Part shown: piece after piece, positions 40,487-51,256 of the stretch
Numbering within the stretch: position 1 is the stretch's first letter
Layout of the letters: each line of letters starts with the position of its first letter
Assembly: GCA_963674945.2 (NCBI GenBank)
Contig: CAXXWQ010000001.1
Location: 128,001-192,000 of the forward strand
Direction: 5' to 3'
DNA: 64,000 bases
Origin: an uncultured Desulfosarcina sp.
GTDB taxonomy: Bacteria; Desulfobacterota; Desulfobacteria; Desulfobacterales; Desulfosarcinaceae
The notes under the pieces: model-generated
Told to the model about the DNA's origin: nothing
Databases searched by the model: none
What the model saw: the letters and a program-made list of their open reading frames with translations, nothing else
Program-made: the position numbers and the translations under genes

Positions 40487-40967
40487 TTCGTGCCCCCCTG
40501 GAGAACATTCAAAGGCAATCCATGGATGCGTGAGGCCAGCCTTTTCGGCTCTCTGTTTCCCTTTTTTCTATACATCAAGCGCTGGGCATGGCTTTCTTGA
40601 AGAAGTGATATTCGGACTATGGACGGAACCGTCCGCCCGTTTTTCATTCGTAACGCCGTCACGTGAGATCGGAATGGGTTGTTTTGGTAAAACTGTTCGG
40701 ATATCAGCCAGAACAGTTTGACGCCCTTTACCGCCGGCCATAATGACAGCGTAACCAATTGTCTGTGATCGTTCAACTTGTTTTTTGTCCGTTTTCTGGC
40801 GGATGGATGACGAATCCTTCCCATAAACCGGGACGCACTATGCGGTGCAAGGGAAATTTCCCGTCAAACGGCTTTTAAAGAAAAATGTGCTGATGTATAC
40901 TTCTTCGAACATCAACCAATTACGAAGCCGTCAACCTTTGCGTTTATCCGATACAAGGAGGCCGCTG

Positions 40968-41522
40968 ATGGAAAAGCGTGTTCTGGTACCCGTTGCCGAC
41001 GGTACCGAGGAGTTGGAAGCCGTGGCCATCATCGACATTCTGCGCCGGGCCGGTGCCGACGTTACCATCGCTTCAGTATCCGGCAGTCGCCAGGTAACCT
41101 GCTCGCGGAAAGTGATCATCGTCGCCGATGCAACCATCGAGGAATGCGAAGACAAGGCCTATGACCTGGTAGTGCTTCCCGGGGGCATCCCCGGTGCCGA
41201 GCACCTTCGGGATTCAAAACCCTTGATTCGGATCCTGCGTCGACAGCGATCTTCGGATGGTCTCTATGGCGCCATCTGTGCGAGCCCGGCAGTTGTTTTG
41301 GAGCCCCATGGACTCCTGGAAGGAAAAAAGGCCACCTGCCATCCCGGATTCGTGGACCGGCTTTCGAACCTGGAGCGCGTGGAAGAGATGGTTGTGGTGG
41401 ATGGCAACTGCCTGACCAGTCGCGGTCCGGGAACCGCCGTGGCCTTCGCCCTCGAACTGGTGGCGCGTTTGTACACAACGGCAAAGAGAGACGATGTCGC
41501 CGGACCGATGGTACTTCAATAA
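40968..41522 (+). CDS. DJ-1/PfpI (YajL-like) protein
   Basis: GTEELEAV..IDILRRAG, LPGGIPGA, AICASP, TSRGPGT. Confidence 0.92.
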   Translation: MEKRVLVPVADGTEELEAVAIIDILRRAGADVTIASVSGSRQVTCSRKVIIVADATIEECEDKAYDLVVLPGGIPGAEHLRDSKPLIRILRRQRSSDGLYGAICASPAVVLEPHGLLEGKKATCHPGFVDRLSNLERVEEMVVVDGNCLTSRGPGTAVAFALELVARLYTTAKRDDVAGPMVLQ

Positions 41523-41540
41523 GATGAAAGGATCATAAAT

Positions 41541-41840
41541 ATGCAGTTTATCGTCAGAGGACTGGACGGAACGGATGAAAACGCCCTGGAACGAAGAATG
41601 GCAGCCAGGGAAAACCATCTGGCAATGGCCAAGAAAATGTATGCGAAGAAAAAATGGCTGTATGCGGCAGCGATCCTGGATGACGGCGGGAAGATGATCG
41701 GATCTGTCATCATCTGCGATTTTGAATCAGAAGAAGTGCTTCGGGAAGAGTGGCTGGACCGCGAACCGTACATCCTGGGAAATGTCTGGGAAACCGTGGA
41801 GATTTCCAGGGCGCAGGTGGCGCCGCTGTGGGATTTATAG
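41541..41840 (+). CDS. YciI-family protein
   Basis: RRMAARENHL, GKMIGSVII, EPY...VW. Confidence 0.82.
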   Translation: MQFIVRGLDGTDENALERRMAARENHLAMAKKMYAKKKWLYAAAILDDGGKMIGSVIICDFESEEVLREEWLDREPYILGNVWETVEISRAQVAPLWDL

Positions 41841-41879
41841 TGGCTTTCAAAATAACGGTCAGATTCGAAAGGAGGACCA

Positions 41880-42152
41880 ATGGTCGCCTACTACATCTAT
41901 GATGAAAGAAAAGACGAAGACATCATCCTCGTGCCGGACATGGGATGTGCCGTAACCGTAGACAAGGCCATGATGGAGGCCTTTATCTCCCCGGCACCCG
42001 TCTTTGCCGAATGGTCGGGCGAAACATGCGTGGACGTGAAGCCGGAGGATTTCGGCACCGTCATCGCTTCCCGTCAGGAGGGGGGGGATGTCTGCGTCCT
42101 CAAGGATAGGATCTGGCAGGCCCGCATGGACCATTATCTAAGCAAGGAATAG
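41880..42152 (+). CDS. Hypothetical protein (90 aa)
   Basis: AAGGAGG RBS, clean ORF. Confidence 0.7.
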   Translation: MVAYYIYDERKDEDIILVPDMGCAVTVDKAMMEAFISPAPVFAEWSGETCVDVKPEDFGTVIASRQEGGDVCVLKDRIWQARMDHYLSKE

Positions 42153-42186
42153 GCCGCAGCAGAGAAAATGGCAGGAGAAATGGAAA

Positions 42187-43062
42187 TCAGGATGTGTGGT
42201 CGTTTTTTTTCTCCACCAACATCTTCCGCAGTGCAACTCTCCAGTGAACCGGCTGAATTTCGAAATCTTTCCAGGTACGCCAGCACCCAAGGGCGCTGTA
42301 GGAGGGACGCCTTGCCCTGGTCGGAAATTCGGCGGTCGTTATGGGCAATATGTGAATCGTGCGGTCGAGCAAGCCGCAACCGAGGGCCTCTTCCTGTATG
42401 GCGACGGCAAAATCGTACCAGCTTGTAATGCCGGCGTCCGACCAGTGGTAGATTCCCTTCAAATCTTTGTTTTCAAGTGCTTTCCAGATCGCCGCCGCCA
42501 GTGTGGACGCCCATGTGGGGGATCCCACCTGGTCGGCGACGACAGAAATCCGGTCCCGTTTGGCCATCAGTCGGAGCATGGTCAAAACAAAGTTGTTGCC
42601 GTATTGGCTGTACAGCCAGGATGTGCGGAGTATCAGCGTATCATCCGCATTTTCCATGATCGCAAGTTCGCCCTGGCGTTTTGTCTGACCATAGACACCA
42701 AGAGGGCTGCAGGGCGAATCGGCCATGTAAGGGGTGCAACCGGTGCCGTCGAAGACGTAGTCGGTGGAGATGTGAATCAGGCGAACACCCGTTTGACCGG
42801 CAACCAATGCCAGATTTTTCGGTCCGGCTGCATTAACCGCACTGGCGATTTCGGCTTCTTCTTCCGAGCGGTCCACGGCCGTGTATGCGGATGCATTGAT
42901 GATGACATCCGGCTTTTCCGAATGGACCCATTTTTCAACGGAAACGGGATCGGTAATGTCGAATTCGGGCAGGTCGAGGGCTGTCATTTCCATACCAGGA
43001 GGCCTGCTCTTCATGAGCGTCGTTCCCAGTTGCCCCTTGGCACCGATGATCATCGCTTTCAT
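42187..43062 (-). CDS. rfbD: dTDP-4-dehydrorhamnose reductase
   Basis: GAKGQLG, AYTAVD, HISTDYVFDG, YGQTK, LRTSWLY. Confidence 0.95.
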   Translation of the reverse strand: MKAMIIGAKGQLGTTLMKSRPPGMEMTALDLPEFDITDPVSVEKWVHSEKPDVIINASAYTAVDRSEEEAEIASAVNAAGPKNLALVAGQTGVRLIHISTDYVFDGTGCTPYMADSPCSPLGVYGQTKRQGELAIMENADDTLILRTSWLYSQYGNNFVLTMLRLMAKRDRISVVADQVGSPTWASTLAAAIWKALENKDLKGIYHWSDAGITSWYDFAVAIQEEALGCGLLDRTIHILPITTAEFPTRARRPSYSALGCWRTWKDFEIQPVHWRVALRKMLVEKKNDHTS

Positions 43063-43604
43063 GGAAAAACCTCTGCATTCTGAAACGACGCGCCCCTCTC
43101 GTCTTTTTCGGAGACCAGAGGGTTTCCTTTCGTTGGCCATTGAATGTTCAGATCCGGGTCGTTCCAATGGATACAGCGCTCGTATTCCGGGGTGTAGTAG
43201 TCTGTGGTCTTGTAAAGGAATTCGGCAAAATCACTCAACACGAGAAAACCATGGGCAAACTCACCCGGCACCCAGAGTTGTCGCTTGTTTTCCGCACTCA
43301 GGTGCGTTGACACCCATTTCCCGAAGGTGGGAGATGATCGGCGAAGGTCCACGGCCACATCGAACACCTCTCCGGAAATCACGCGAACCAGTTTTCCCTG
43401 GGGCTGCCGAATCTGGTAGTGCAGTCCCCGAAGAACGCCTTTTCTGGATTTGGAATGGTTGTCCTGGACAAAGGAGACGGCAACACCGGTCGTTTCCGCA
43501 AATTGCCTTTCATTGTAGCTTTCGAAAAAAAAGCCCCTGGCGTCGCCATGAATTTTCGGCTCGATGACGAGGACATCCTGAATATTTGTTGATATGATTT
43601 TCAT
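43059..43604 (-). CDS. rfbC: dTDP-4-dehydrorhamnose 3,5-epimerase
   Basis: DARGFFFE, FVQDNHS, GVLRGLHYQ, FAHGF. Confidence 0.96.
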   Translation of the reverse strand: MKIISTNIQDVLVIEPKIHGDARGFFFESYNERQFAETTGVAVSFVQDNHSKSRKGVLRGLHYQIRQPQGKLVRVISGEVFDVAVDLRRSSPTFGKWVSTHLSAENKRQLWVPGEFAHGFLVLSDFAEFLYKTTDYYTPEYERCIHWNDPDLNIQWPTKGNPLVSEKDERGASFQNAEVFP

Positions 43605-43617
43605 TTATCGAATTTTC

Positions 43618-43766
43618 ATGAACTCGTAAACGTCGGATTTCGGACGGCTTCGTAAAAAGTTCGAGATCAAGGCTTGCGAGTCCCGAAGAATGAGGCGTAC
43701 ATAGAGTATGCCACATTGATGAGGGATGAAGCGTAACGCCGATATCGGGCTTTTTACGAAGCCGTC
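43618..43766 (+). repeat. MITE-like element, family B
   Basis: IRs gacggcttcgtaaaaag / ctttttacgaagccgtc (43643-43766) plus an extra half-end; inverted homologs at 46876-46992 and 50896-51047. Confidence 0.85.
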
Positions 43767-43772
43767 AAATTT

Positions 43773-44690
43773 TTATTTTTCCAAACAGATGGTACATGGC
43801 CCTTCGGCAAAGCCGTATCTTTTCCCCAATATCCGCAAAAGATACTGCCCGTACCCATTTTTATGCATGCTCTTACCGATATTTTCCAGTTGGCCGTCCG
43901 TGATGTATCCCAGACGCCAGGCAATCTCTTCCGGACATGCGATTTTCAATCCCTGCCGCCGTTCCAGAATTTCAACGAAGCGGGAGGCTTCGAGCAGAGA
44001 CGCATGGGTGCCCGTGTCGAGCCATGCGTATCCTCTTCCCATGAGCATGACTTCCAGTTTTTTCATCTCCAGGTAACGATGATTGACATCGGTGATTTCC
44101 AGTTCGCCTCTGTCCGAAGGCTTGATCTCCTTTGCAATGTCGACCACCTGGTTGTCGTAAAAGTACAGTCCCGTGACGGCAAAATCCGATTTCGGCTGCT
44201 TGGGTTTCTCCTCGATACCGGTTACGTTTCCCTTTTCATCAAAAGACACCACGCCGTATCGCTGGGGATCGGTGACCTGATAGGCGAAAACCGTAGAACA
44301 GTCCGTTTTTTCGTTTGCAATGGCAAGATGCTTGGACAGATCGTGCCCATGAAAGATATTGTCCCCCAAAATCAGTGCGCACGGGGAATGATCGATGAAT
44401 TCGCTGCCGATAATAAATGCCTGGGCCAATCCTTCCGGTTTCGGTTGAACCGCAAATCTGATATTGATTCCCCATTGGTGGCCGTCTCCCAATAGTTGCT
44501 CGAACCGCGGGGTGTCCTGGGGGGTGGAGATGACGAGAATATCACGGATGCCGGCCAGCATGAGCGTGGTCAGCGGGTAATAGATCATCGGTTTGTCATA
44601 GATCGGGAGCAATTGCTTGGAGATGGCGATCGTAATGGGATAGAGTCTTGTGCCGCTGCCACCGGCGAGTATGATTCCTTTACGATTCAT
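43773..44690 (-). CDS. rfbA: Glucose-1-phosphate thymidylyltransferase
   Basis: [46 protein letters not shown]. Confidence 0.96.
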   Translation of the reverse strand: MNRKGIILAGGSGTRLYPITIAISKQLLPIYDKPMIYYPLTTLMLAGIRDILVISTPQDTPRFEQLLGDGHQWGINIRFAVQPKPEGLAQAFIIGSEFIDHSPCALILGDNIFHGHDLSKHLAIANEKTDCSTVFAYQVTDPQRYGVVSFDEKGNVTGIEEKPKQPKSDFAVTGLYFYDNQVVDIAKEIKPSDRGELEITDVNHRYLEMKKLEVMLMGRGYAWLDTGTHASLLEASRFVEILERRQGLKIACPEEIAWRLGYITDGQLENIGKSMHKNGYGQYLLRILGKRYGFAEGPCTICLEK

Positions 44691-45769
44691 TATCGGTTCC
44701 CGTAGTTGGTGTCGATCCACTTGCGATATTCGCCGTCGGTTATGTTTTGTACCCAGGAGACATTGTCCAGGTACCATTCGATGGTTTTGCGAATACCCGT
44801 TTCAAAGGTCTCTTGGGGCACCCATCCCAAATCATTTTCGATTTTGGTGGCATCGATGGCGTAACGCCGATCATGCCCCGGACGGTCGGTGACGAATGAG
44901 ATCAACCGTTCATGGGGGCAATGATCGGAAGAAGGAGCGATTTCATCGAGAATGGTACAAATGGTTTTCACCACTTCGAGGTTGGTTTTCTCATTGTTGC
45001 CGCCGATGTTGTACACTTCTCCGGGATTTCCCCTGTCCAGGACCGCCATGATGGCGCGGCAGTGATCCTCTACGTAGAGCCAATCCCGAATGTTGGCCCC
45101 ATCGCCGTATACGGGAATGGTTTCGTTGGACAGCGCACGGTTGATGACCAGGGGGATCAATTTCTCCGGAAATTGGTAGGGACCATAGTTGTTGGAGCAA
45201 TTGGTGGTCAGCGTCAAAAGTCCATAGGTATGGTGATAGGCGCGGACCAAATGGTCCGAGGCCGCTTTGGACGCCGAATATGGGCTATTGGGTGAATAGG
45301 GTGTCGTCTCCGAAAATGCCGGATCATGTTTGCTAAGGGATCCATAGACCTCGTCGGTGGAAACATGCAGGAATCGAAAGGCGGATCGCCGGTCGTCGGA
45401 GAGACGCTCCCAGTAAGTGCGGGCCTGTTCGAGCAGATTGAAGGTGCCGACGACGTTGGTCTGGATAAAGTCGTCCGGGGCGGAGATGGAACGATCCACG
45501 TGGCTTTCGGCGGCGAAATTGACCACCGCCCAGGGCTGGTAGGTTTGAAAAAGCGATGCCACCGCATCGCGATCGCCGATGTCACCTTTTACGAAAATAT
45601 GATTCGGGTTGTGCTTCGCCGAAGCGAGATTTTCCAGATTTCCGGCATAGGTAAGTTTATCCAGATTGATGACACGATTACGATTTTGATCCAGGCATGT
45701 GTGAACGAAATTGGCACCAATAAAACCGGCGCCGCCTGTGACAAGGATAGTAGGAAAAGCGTCCATCAC
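44690..45769 (-). CDS. rfbB: dTDP-glucose 4,6-dehydratase
   Basis: [31 protein letters not shown]. Confidence 0.96.
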   Translation of the reverse strand: MMDAFPTILVTGGAGFIGANFVHTCLDQNRNRVINLDKLTYAGNLENLASAKHNPNHIFVKGDIGDRDAVASLFQTYQPWAVVNFAAESHVDRSISAPDDFIQTNVVGTFNLLEQARTYWERLSDDRRSAFRFLHVSTDEVYGSLSKHDPAFSETTPYSPNSPYSASKAASDHLVRAYHHTYGLLTLTTNCSNNYGPYQFPEKLIPLVINRALSNETIPVYGDGANIRDWLYVEDHCRAIMAVLDRGNPGEVYNIGGNNEKTNLEVVKTICTILDEIAPSSDHCPHERLISFVTDRPGHDRRYAIDATKIENDLGWVPQETFETGIRKTIEWYLDNVSWVQNITDGEYRKWIDTNYGNR

Positions 45770-45942
45770 AACTTTCTGTCGAGTTTGGGATTACCAGGAT
45801 GCAAACCTCCTTGATTAACTAACAATGCTGGCAGCCTATGTCAATACTCGTCTATGGCATTTTCATGCCTTCGCAAAATGAGGTCGTCGATTGCCGGAAA
45901 AATGTGGGAACGAAAGACCTGAAGGATGGTTCTTTGGTATTC

Positions 45943-46611
45943 TCAATCGTCTAACAGGAGAAATTGCATAAATACGAGCGGATTTACAGGTCCCGCGTTC
46001 GGATCGCTCTCTCCTTCGTCCACCATGCCGTTATGGTCTGTATCCTCATCGCCGTCCATGATGCCGTCATGATCCGAATCGGAGTCCGTCGGGTTTGTGG
46101 TGGTGGTCGGATCGGCGTCCGGGATGAAAATGTTTCTATCCGTTTCAGGCCCAATATCATCCAGTGTCAGGCCGATCTCCGTTCCGTCCTGGATCCCGTC
46201 TCCATCACTGTCCGCATCGTTTGGGGATGTGCCGAAGAGTTGTTCGTCCACATCCGTTATGCCGTCATCGTCGCTGTCGATCGTCGTGTCGTAAATAAAA
46301 TAGACTTCGTTCGAATCACTGCTTTCCACATCTCCTTCGAATGCCCGGACAACAAAATAATACCCGGTATCGTCGTATAGACCATATATGGTGGCGTTTG
46401 GTTCTTCCCCGGACCAGATGCAATTTTCGTAATCATAGTCCTGGCCTTCCAATCGATGGTACAGACGGTATCCATCCGGTGCCGGATCGGTGGGGTCCCA
46501 AGCCATGGTGACTTGGGCGGCATGACCCTTCGTCGGGATCAACAGGATTGCGATGGTGATGAAGATCAGGTAGTAGAATTTACGATACCGGCTGATGCAT
46601 TTCTTCGCCAA
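45943..46611 (-). CDS. Exported protein with FN3-like domain, Ca-binding DxDxDG repeats and a C-terminal ..FLLLDD tail
   Basis: TTG start after GGAGG; signal peptide; W....DGYRLY..YYFVVRA..ES..SNEV; DSDDDG/DSDGDG/DSDHDG. Confidence 0.75.
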   Translation of the reverse strand: MAKKCISRYRKFYYLIFITIAILLIPTKGHAAQVTMAWDPTDPAPDGYRLYHRLEGQDYDYENCIWSGEEPNATIYGLYDDTGYYFVVRAFEGDVESSDSNEVYFIYDTTIDSDDDGITDVDEQLFGTSPNDADSDGDGIQDGTEIGLTLDDIGPETDRNIFIPDADPTTTTNPTDSDSDHDGIMDGDEDTDHNGMVDEGESDPNAGPVNPLVFMQFLLLDD

Positions 46612-46692
46612 AGTACAGTCCTCCGCGACTTTCCGGAAAATCGGTGTATTCTTAATAATTTCAATGTGTGTTTGTGGTTTCGATGAATGGAA

Positions 46693-46708
46693 AGCAATAC
46701 AGATGCCA
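46693..46708 (-). promoter_or_regulatory. Sigma54 promoter
   Basis: Minus strand TGGCATCTGTATTGCT (GG-N10-GC), about 80 bp upstream of the TTG start. Confidence 0.7.
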
Positions 46709-46875
46709 AAATTATAGGCCCATTTCCGATAAGAGTATAACACCCTGTATTAAATTAAGATAATCTGAACATGATGCCGTGTTTTCAAGTGCCTACAGTC
46801 CTCTGGCACGTAAGATCCGGAAAAAAACGTAATTTGATCGGCGGAAGCAGTATCGAAATCTTCACTCGATGAAAG

Positions 46876-46992
46876 TGACGGATTCGTCAAAAGCCCGATA
46901 TCGGCGTTACACCGCATTCCTAAGGCTTTGCACACCTTGATCTCGTGCTTTTTACGAATCCGTTCAAACAGCAACTATTTACGAGATCGTCA
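46876..46992 (-). repeat. Family B MITE-like element, internally shortened
   Basis: gacggattcgtcaaaagcccgatatcggcgttac...ccttgatctc...ctttttacgaatccgt. Confidence 0.75.
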
Positions 46993-47261
46993 ACGTTCGG
47001 ATTCGATTCAGAAAAAATTACTTGTAAAATTAAAGAAGTTTTCAGATTGGACGGCATCGGCGAGTTCAACCGCAAAATGGAAGGAAAAACCAAATCCGTC
47101 CGGATCGAAGAGATGGGAAATCGATCAAAGCCCCAATTGGAAGGATTTTCCCGATGTTGACTTACCAGTGAAATGGTATAGTCTATATGGACAGAAAGGA
47201 ATAGGAGGTACTACGAAGTCGGCGAGAATGGCGGTTTTTATGTTTTTTCCAACTTTGCACG

Positions 47262-47627
47262 ATGGACAAAGGAAACCATCTTATGACCGGACTCGAAGAT
47301 CTGAAAATTGCCACACTGAGCCCCGAAGATGTTGAAACCATCCGACGGCTGGAAAAGAAACTGGGCCCCAGTATTCGATTGGTCGCCGTGGAAGCAAAAG
47401 ACGTAATCTATGCGCTCGAGGCAAAGATGGCCCCCAATGAATGGCGGCGCGTGGACGAAGTCTATCCGCAGATCCAAGGCATGAAGGCTTTCTATGCAGA
47501 GCACGACGACGCAAAAACGGCCAAAGGCTGGTTGAAGGGCTTTCTCATCAACAACACCCTGGATCCCAAACCCAAGAAGCGCCCCATCCGCATTCGCCAG
47601 GTTGTGAATACGGAATCCGATTCATAG
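47262..47627 (+). CDS. Hypothetical protein
   Basis: Coding-like codon usage; start may be 47283. Confidence 0.7.
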   Translation: MDKGNHLMTGLEDLKIATLSPEDVETIRRLEKKLGPSIRLVAVEAKDVIYALEAKMAPNEWRRVDEVYPQIQGMKAFYAEHDDAKTAKGWLKGFLINNTLDPKPKKRPIRIRQVVNTESDS

Positions 47628-47628
47628 T

Positions 47629-47948
47629 TGACGGCGCAGTAAAAAGCTTTTCCAGGCCATAGGTGGCCAAACAGTATTGCGAAAGTAACGATTCTGTCAA
47701 TAATTTGCCGATGGCTTACAATGAGAAAAGCTTTTTATAAAAAATTCCTTTAGACAGTGTCTATCCAGAAAGAGGAAAATTTGGTCGAGATCGAGGAGCG
47801 CGACCAATTTTCGCTCGGGTTTTACCACAGGTGCCCCGAAGGAGATGCCCTTGGGGTGCATATAGTTGATATTCCGAGGATAAAATGTTTCGCGCAACGA
47901 AGATATCGGCCAAAGCTAAAATTGGTTTGGCCATTTCTGGGTGGCAAT
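47629..47948 (-). repeat. Composite repeat: family C (47629-47753) plus family A (47757-47948)
   Basis: Reverse complement aligns with 32830-32935 and with 32275-32415 (with two insertions). Confidence 0.75.
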
Positions 47949-47950
47949 AG

Positions 47951-49570
47951 CTATGCGCCGCAGAGTTTTCCCTTCTGTAATCCAGCGATAAATTCTCTGC
48001 AGAGCGACTCAGATGTGACATGGGTGAACACCGTACCTTCGTGGTCTACCCCCCGAATCCGGCCATCAAACAAAAAATAGGAAAGCAATTTCAACCCAAC
48101 CAGGTGGCGATCGAGGCCGGGGTCCATATGGCATTTTGGGGGTGCCGGCATCGGCATGGGTATTTTTTGAGACACCAATGATTTCATGAAGTTGAGAATG
48201 CGGCCGAGGCGCAAGAGAGTGACCGATGCGGTCCGCGTGGTCGTATGGTCGATGGGAAGGGCCGTTGCGCGCATGGCGGCAAAGGATTCGGGGAGCAGTC
48301 CGAGCCGCTCACAACGATCGTAATCCCGGCTTCCCGGAGCCGGATAAAACACCGATACACCAACCAAGGCATCGCGTCGGGCCAGGAACAGAAGATCCTC
48401 CACCGAGGACCTGGGATCCTGGCCGGGTGCGCCAACGATAATGTAGCCGACGGCGGCCATCTTCTGCCGCCTCGCATATACCAGCGCCCGGTCAAACGCA
48501 TCGCGCACATCGGGGCGATGAAAGCGCTTCAACTGTTGCGAGTCCGTACTGCCCAATGAGAGATTCAGGGTCTTGAATCCCGCCGTTGCCATACCCGCAA
48601 CAACCGTTTCGGAAAGACTCGGGGGAAAGAGCCCGTTCATGGCGCGAAGTTCAGGAGGCGTTTCGCCGAAGATTGTGCCGATCCCAGCCATCAGTTCGAG
48701 AAACCAGCTTTGGTCCATGGAAAGGTTCTCGTCCTCGAAATCGATGAATCCCACGTTTTGCCCTGCGGTGACGGCACGCAACTCTTCAAGGACAGCAGAT
48801 ACCGGCCGTCGCCGGTATCCCATCCACGATTTTTTCCCGGTCGCGCAGTAGCTGCAGGAAAAGGGGCATCCACGGCTGGCTGTAATCGTTATGCTCTGCT
48901 TTCCGGCGCGACCATAAAATTTTTTATTGGTCAGGGCATGGGCGGGAATGGGGAGCCGATCCAAATTTTCACAGACGACGGGGGAACTGACATGCAGGGT
49001 CCCTTCTTTTCTTCGAAACACGAGACCCGGGACCTTTTCCATGTTTCGACCCATTTTCAATGCCATGGCGAGTTTTGGCATCGTCGTTTCGCCCTCGCCG
49101 CGCAACACCAGGTCCACGGCCGGTTCCTTCATTACCTCATGGAAACAGGTGGTGGGGTGATGGCCGCCGAGAACCACGGTCGTGCCGGGAAGCCGTTCCT
49201 TGACCGTTTGCGCGACGGCCCTGGCCATGTCCCAATACGCCGTAAACAGGGAGGAGATGCCCACGAGAAAAGCCCCGGATGATTCGACCCGTTCACCGAT
49301 ATAGGAAAGACTGTACCCATAGTGCCGAAACCGGTGAAACAGGGCAAACGGGCTCCGGTCCGCACGGCCGTAATAGGGGGAGAGGTATTCCATCTCGCCG
49401 GGTAGAGGATGCGGCCGGGACTTTCCCGTTGCCATTGCATCCAATATCTCCACCGAAAAACCCTCTTGCATCAGCGTCGCGGCGATGGACGCGAGACCGT
49501 AAGGAATGGTTCGTTTGGCCGTGTGGTAGAAATCCGCGATGGGTGGCTGGATCAGCAGGATGTCGGGCAT
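47951..49570 (-). CDS. Cobalamin-binding radical SAM protein
   Basis: PYGLASIAA, VGISSLF, VVLGGHHPT, GEGE, SRGCPFSCSYC, FEDENL. Confidence 0.88.
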   Translation of the reverse strand: MPDILLIQPPIADFYHTAKRTIPYGLASIAATLMQEGFSVEILDAMATGKSRPHPLPGEMEYLSPYYGRADRSPFALFHRFRHYGYSLSYIGERVESSGAFLVGISSLFTAYWDMARAVAQTVKERLPGTTVVLGGHHPTTCFHEVMKEPAVDLVLRGEGETTMPKLAMALKMGRNMEKVPGLVFRRKEGTLHVSSPVVCENLDRLPIPAHALTNKKFYGRAGKQSITITASRGCPFSCSYCATGKKSWMGYRRRPVSAVLEELRAVTAGQNVGFIDFEDENLSMDQSWFLELMAGIGTIFGETPPELRAMNGLFPPSLSETVVAGMATAGFKTLNLSLGSTDSQQLKRFHRPDVRDAFDRALVYARRQKMAAVGYIIVGAPGQDPRSSVEDLLFLARRDALVGVSVFYPAPGSRDYDRCERLGLLPESFAAMRATALPIDHTTTRTASVTLLRLGRILNFMKSLVSQKIPMPMPAPPKCHMDPGLDRHLVGLKLLSYFLFDGRIRGVDHEGTVFTHVTSESLCREFIAGLQKGKLCGA

Positions 49571-49715
49571 TGCCTTGGCGGAAAATAAAACGTCGAACAT
49601 CCAACATTCAACGTCGAAACAGAAACGTATGAAAAAATCCAACCACCAGATTACATGGGGATTTCATTTCCAATTGATAAAAAAAACAGCGAATACTGAT
49701 TTTTCCTCTCGCCGT

Positions 49716-50876
49716 CTACTCTTCCGTTGAATCCAATTGAGAGATGGTGCCGAAGGTGCGAATTTCCGCCGGCAGGTCTTCCTGGCCGATGACATTTTCC
49801 ACACCCATGGCATAGGCGCGTTCGATCACGTTTTGCAGCTGGATCAGATTTCCCGGCCAGTGGTACTGGAGCAAAATACTCATGGCGGTAGGATCAATGC
49901 CGAAAATTCCGGGTTTTCCGGTGGGACGTTTTGCAAACAGAAAATGGTTGACCAGCAGCGCAATGTCCTCTTTTCGTTCCCGCAACGGCGGAAGCTTGAT
50001 GAAAACGGCGTTGAACAGGTCCAGAAAATCCTTTTTTATGGCGCCGCTGGCGATGACATCCTCCAGATCCTGGCTGGTACCGGCAATCAGGCGGGGAGGG
50101 TGTTTCTCTCCGACTTTTTCACTGTGCAACAGGTCCTTGATCCGCATGCGTGCAGTGTCCGAAAGGGAGGAGACCTCGTCCAGGTACAATGTTCCCCCAT
50201 CCACGGATGTTAAGAGTTCGGAAAGGTTTACGCTGGTTTCTTCGGAGGTCTGCATCTCCTTGTCCAGGCTGTTGCAATTGGTGACGATAAATGGTTTTTC
50301 CTTTCGATCGCTCTGGTTATGAATGGTTCGCGCCGTAAGCTCTTTGCCCGTTCCACTCTCCCCTTGAATCAACACCATGGGATTGTCGATGCGAAGGGTG
50401 TCGATCACCTCGTACAACTCACGCATTTTGGGGCACAGACCGATGAGCGGGCCGAATTGGTGCCGATCCCGAGCAATTTTTCGAATCAGTTGTGCCTTGT
50501 TTTTGATCTTCTTTTCCTCACCGATCCGATCGATGATCAGTTTGAGGTGATCCAGCTTGAAAGGTTTTTGCAGGTAGTCATAGCTGCCGAATTTCATTGC
50601 CTGGATCGCCGATTCCATGGATCCGTAGCCGGTGACGATGATCACCTCGGTCTGGGGACGGTATTTTTTAATGGCCACCAGAAGTTCCAGACCATTGAAT
50701 TCAGGCATCTTATAGTCGGTGAAGACGATGTCGATCTCTTTTTCCTTTACGATTCCAACGGCTTCTATGCCGTTGTCAACGGTCGTTACATTGTATCCTT
50801 TGATCGTCAGGTATTGCTCGACCATGGCCAGGATGTCACGATCGTCGTCTACAAACAGGATTTGGGCGTCAGACAT
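49716..50876 (-). CDS. Atypical NtrC-like response regulator (REC plus AAA+; no GAFTGA, no C-terminal HTH)
   Basis: FVDDD/TDYKMP receiver; GESGTGKE, LYLDEV, LPPLRER, WPGN. Confidence 0.85.
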   Translation of the reverse strand: MSDAQILFVDDDRDILAMVEQYLTIKGYNVTTVDNGIEAVGIVKEKEIDIVFTDYKMPEFNGLELLVAIKKYRPQTEVIIVTGYGSMESAIQAMKFGSYDYLQKPFKLDHLKLIIDRIGEEKKIKNKAQLIRKIARDRHQFGPLIGLCPKMRELYEVIDTLRIDNPMVLIQGESGTGKELTARTIHNQSDRKEKPFIVTNCNSLDKEMQTSEETSVNLSELLTSVDGGTLYLDEVSSLSDTARMRIKDLLHSEKVGEKHPPRLIAGTSQDLEDVIASGAIKKDFLDLFNAVFIKLPPLRERKEDIALLVNHFLFAKRPTGKPGIFGIDPTAMSILLQYHWPGNLIQLQNVIERAYAMGVENVIGQEDLPAEIRTFGTISQLDSTEE

Positions 50877-50895
50877 AATTTGCTCCTGGAATGTT

Positions 50896-51047
50896 AACGG
50901 CTTCGTAAAAAGACCGATATCTGCGTTACGCTCCACCCCTCGTCACTGCGACGTATCCAACCATACGCCTCATTCCTTGAGGGTTCGCAAGCCTTGATCT
51001 CGAACTTTTTCTAAAGCCGTCCGAAATCCGGTTTTTTACGAGTTCAT
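50896..51047 (-). repeat. Family B MITE-like element
   Basis: Reverse complement of 43618-43766, including the extra half-end. Confidence 0.85.
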
Positions 51048-51197
51048 CAATATTGGTGGAAAAAAGGCGTTTTCTCTTTTTCGCTACTCCCATTAAACGA
51101 CACCTACATGAAAATTGATAACTTATGATGATCTATAGTCGACCCATGATAAAAGATCAACCATCAGTATACGCTACCATGACCTTGCCTTGCTGAA

Positions 51198-51226
51198 TTG
51201 ACTTTGCAGCCGCCGGTTTTTATAAT
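51198..51226 (+). promoter_or_regulatory. Sigma70 promoter
   Basis: TTGACT-17-TATAAT. Confidence 0.75.
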
Positions 51227-51256
51227 TAACAATAATAACAACGAATCGAAGAAGTA

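Noticed and set aside
43726..44076. ORFs sharing the peptide RNADIGL(F/L)T(K/N)P (also 46750-46974 and the first 20 aa of 49716-50936)
   Set aside because: These are translations of the family B repeat, not a protein family
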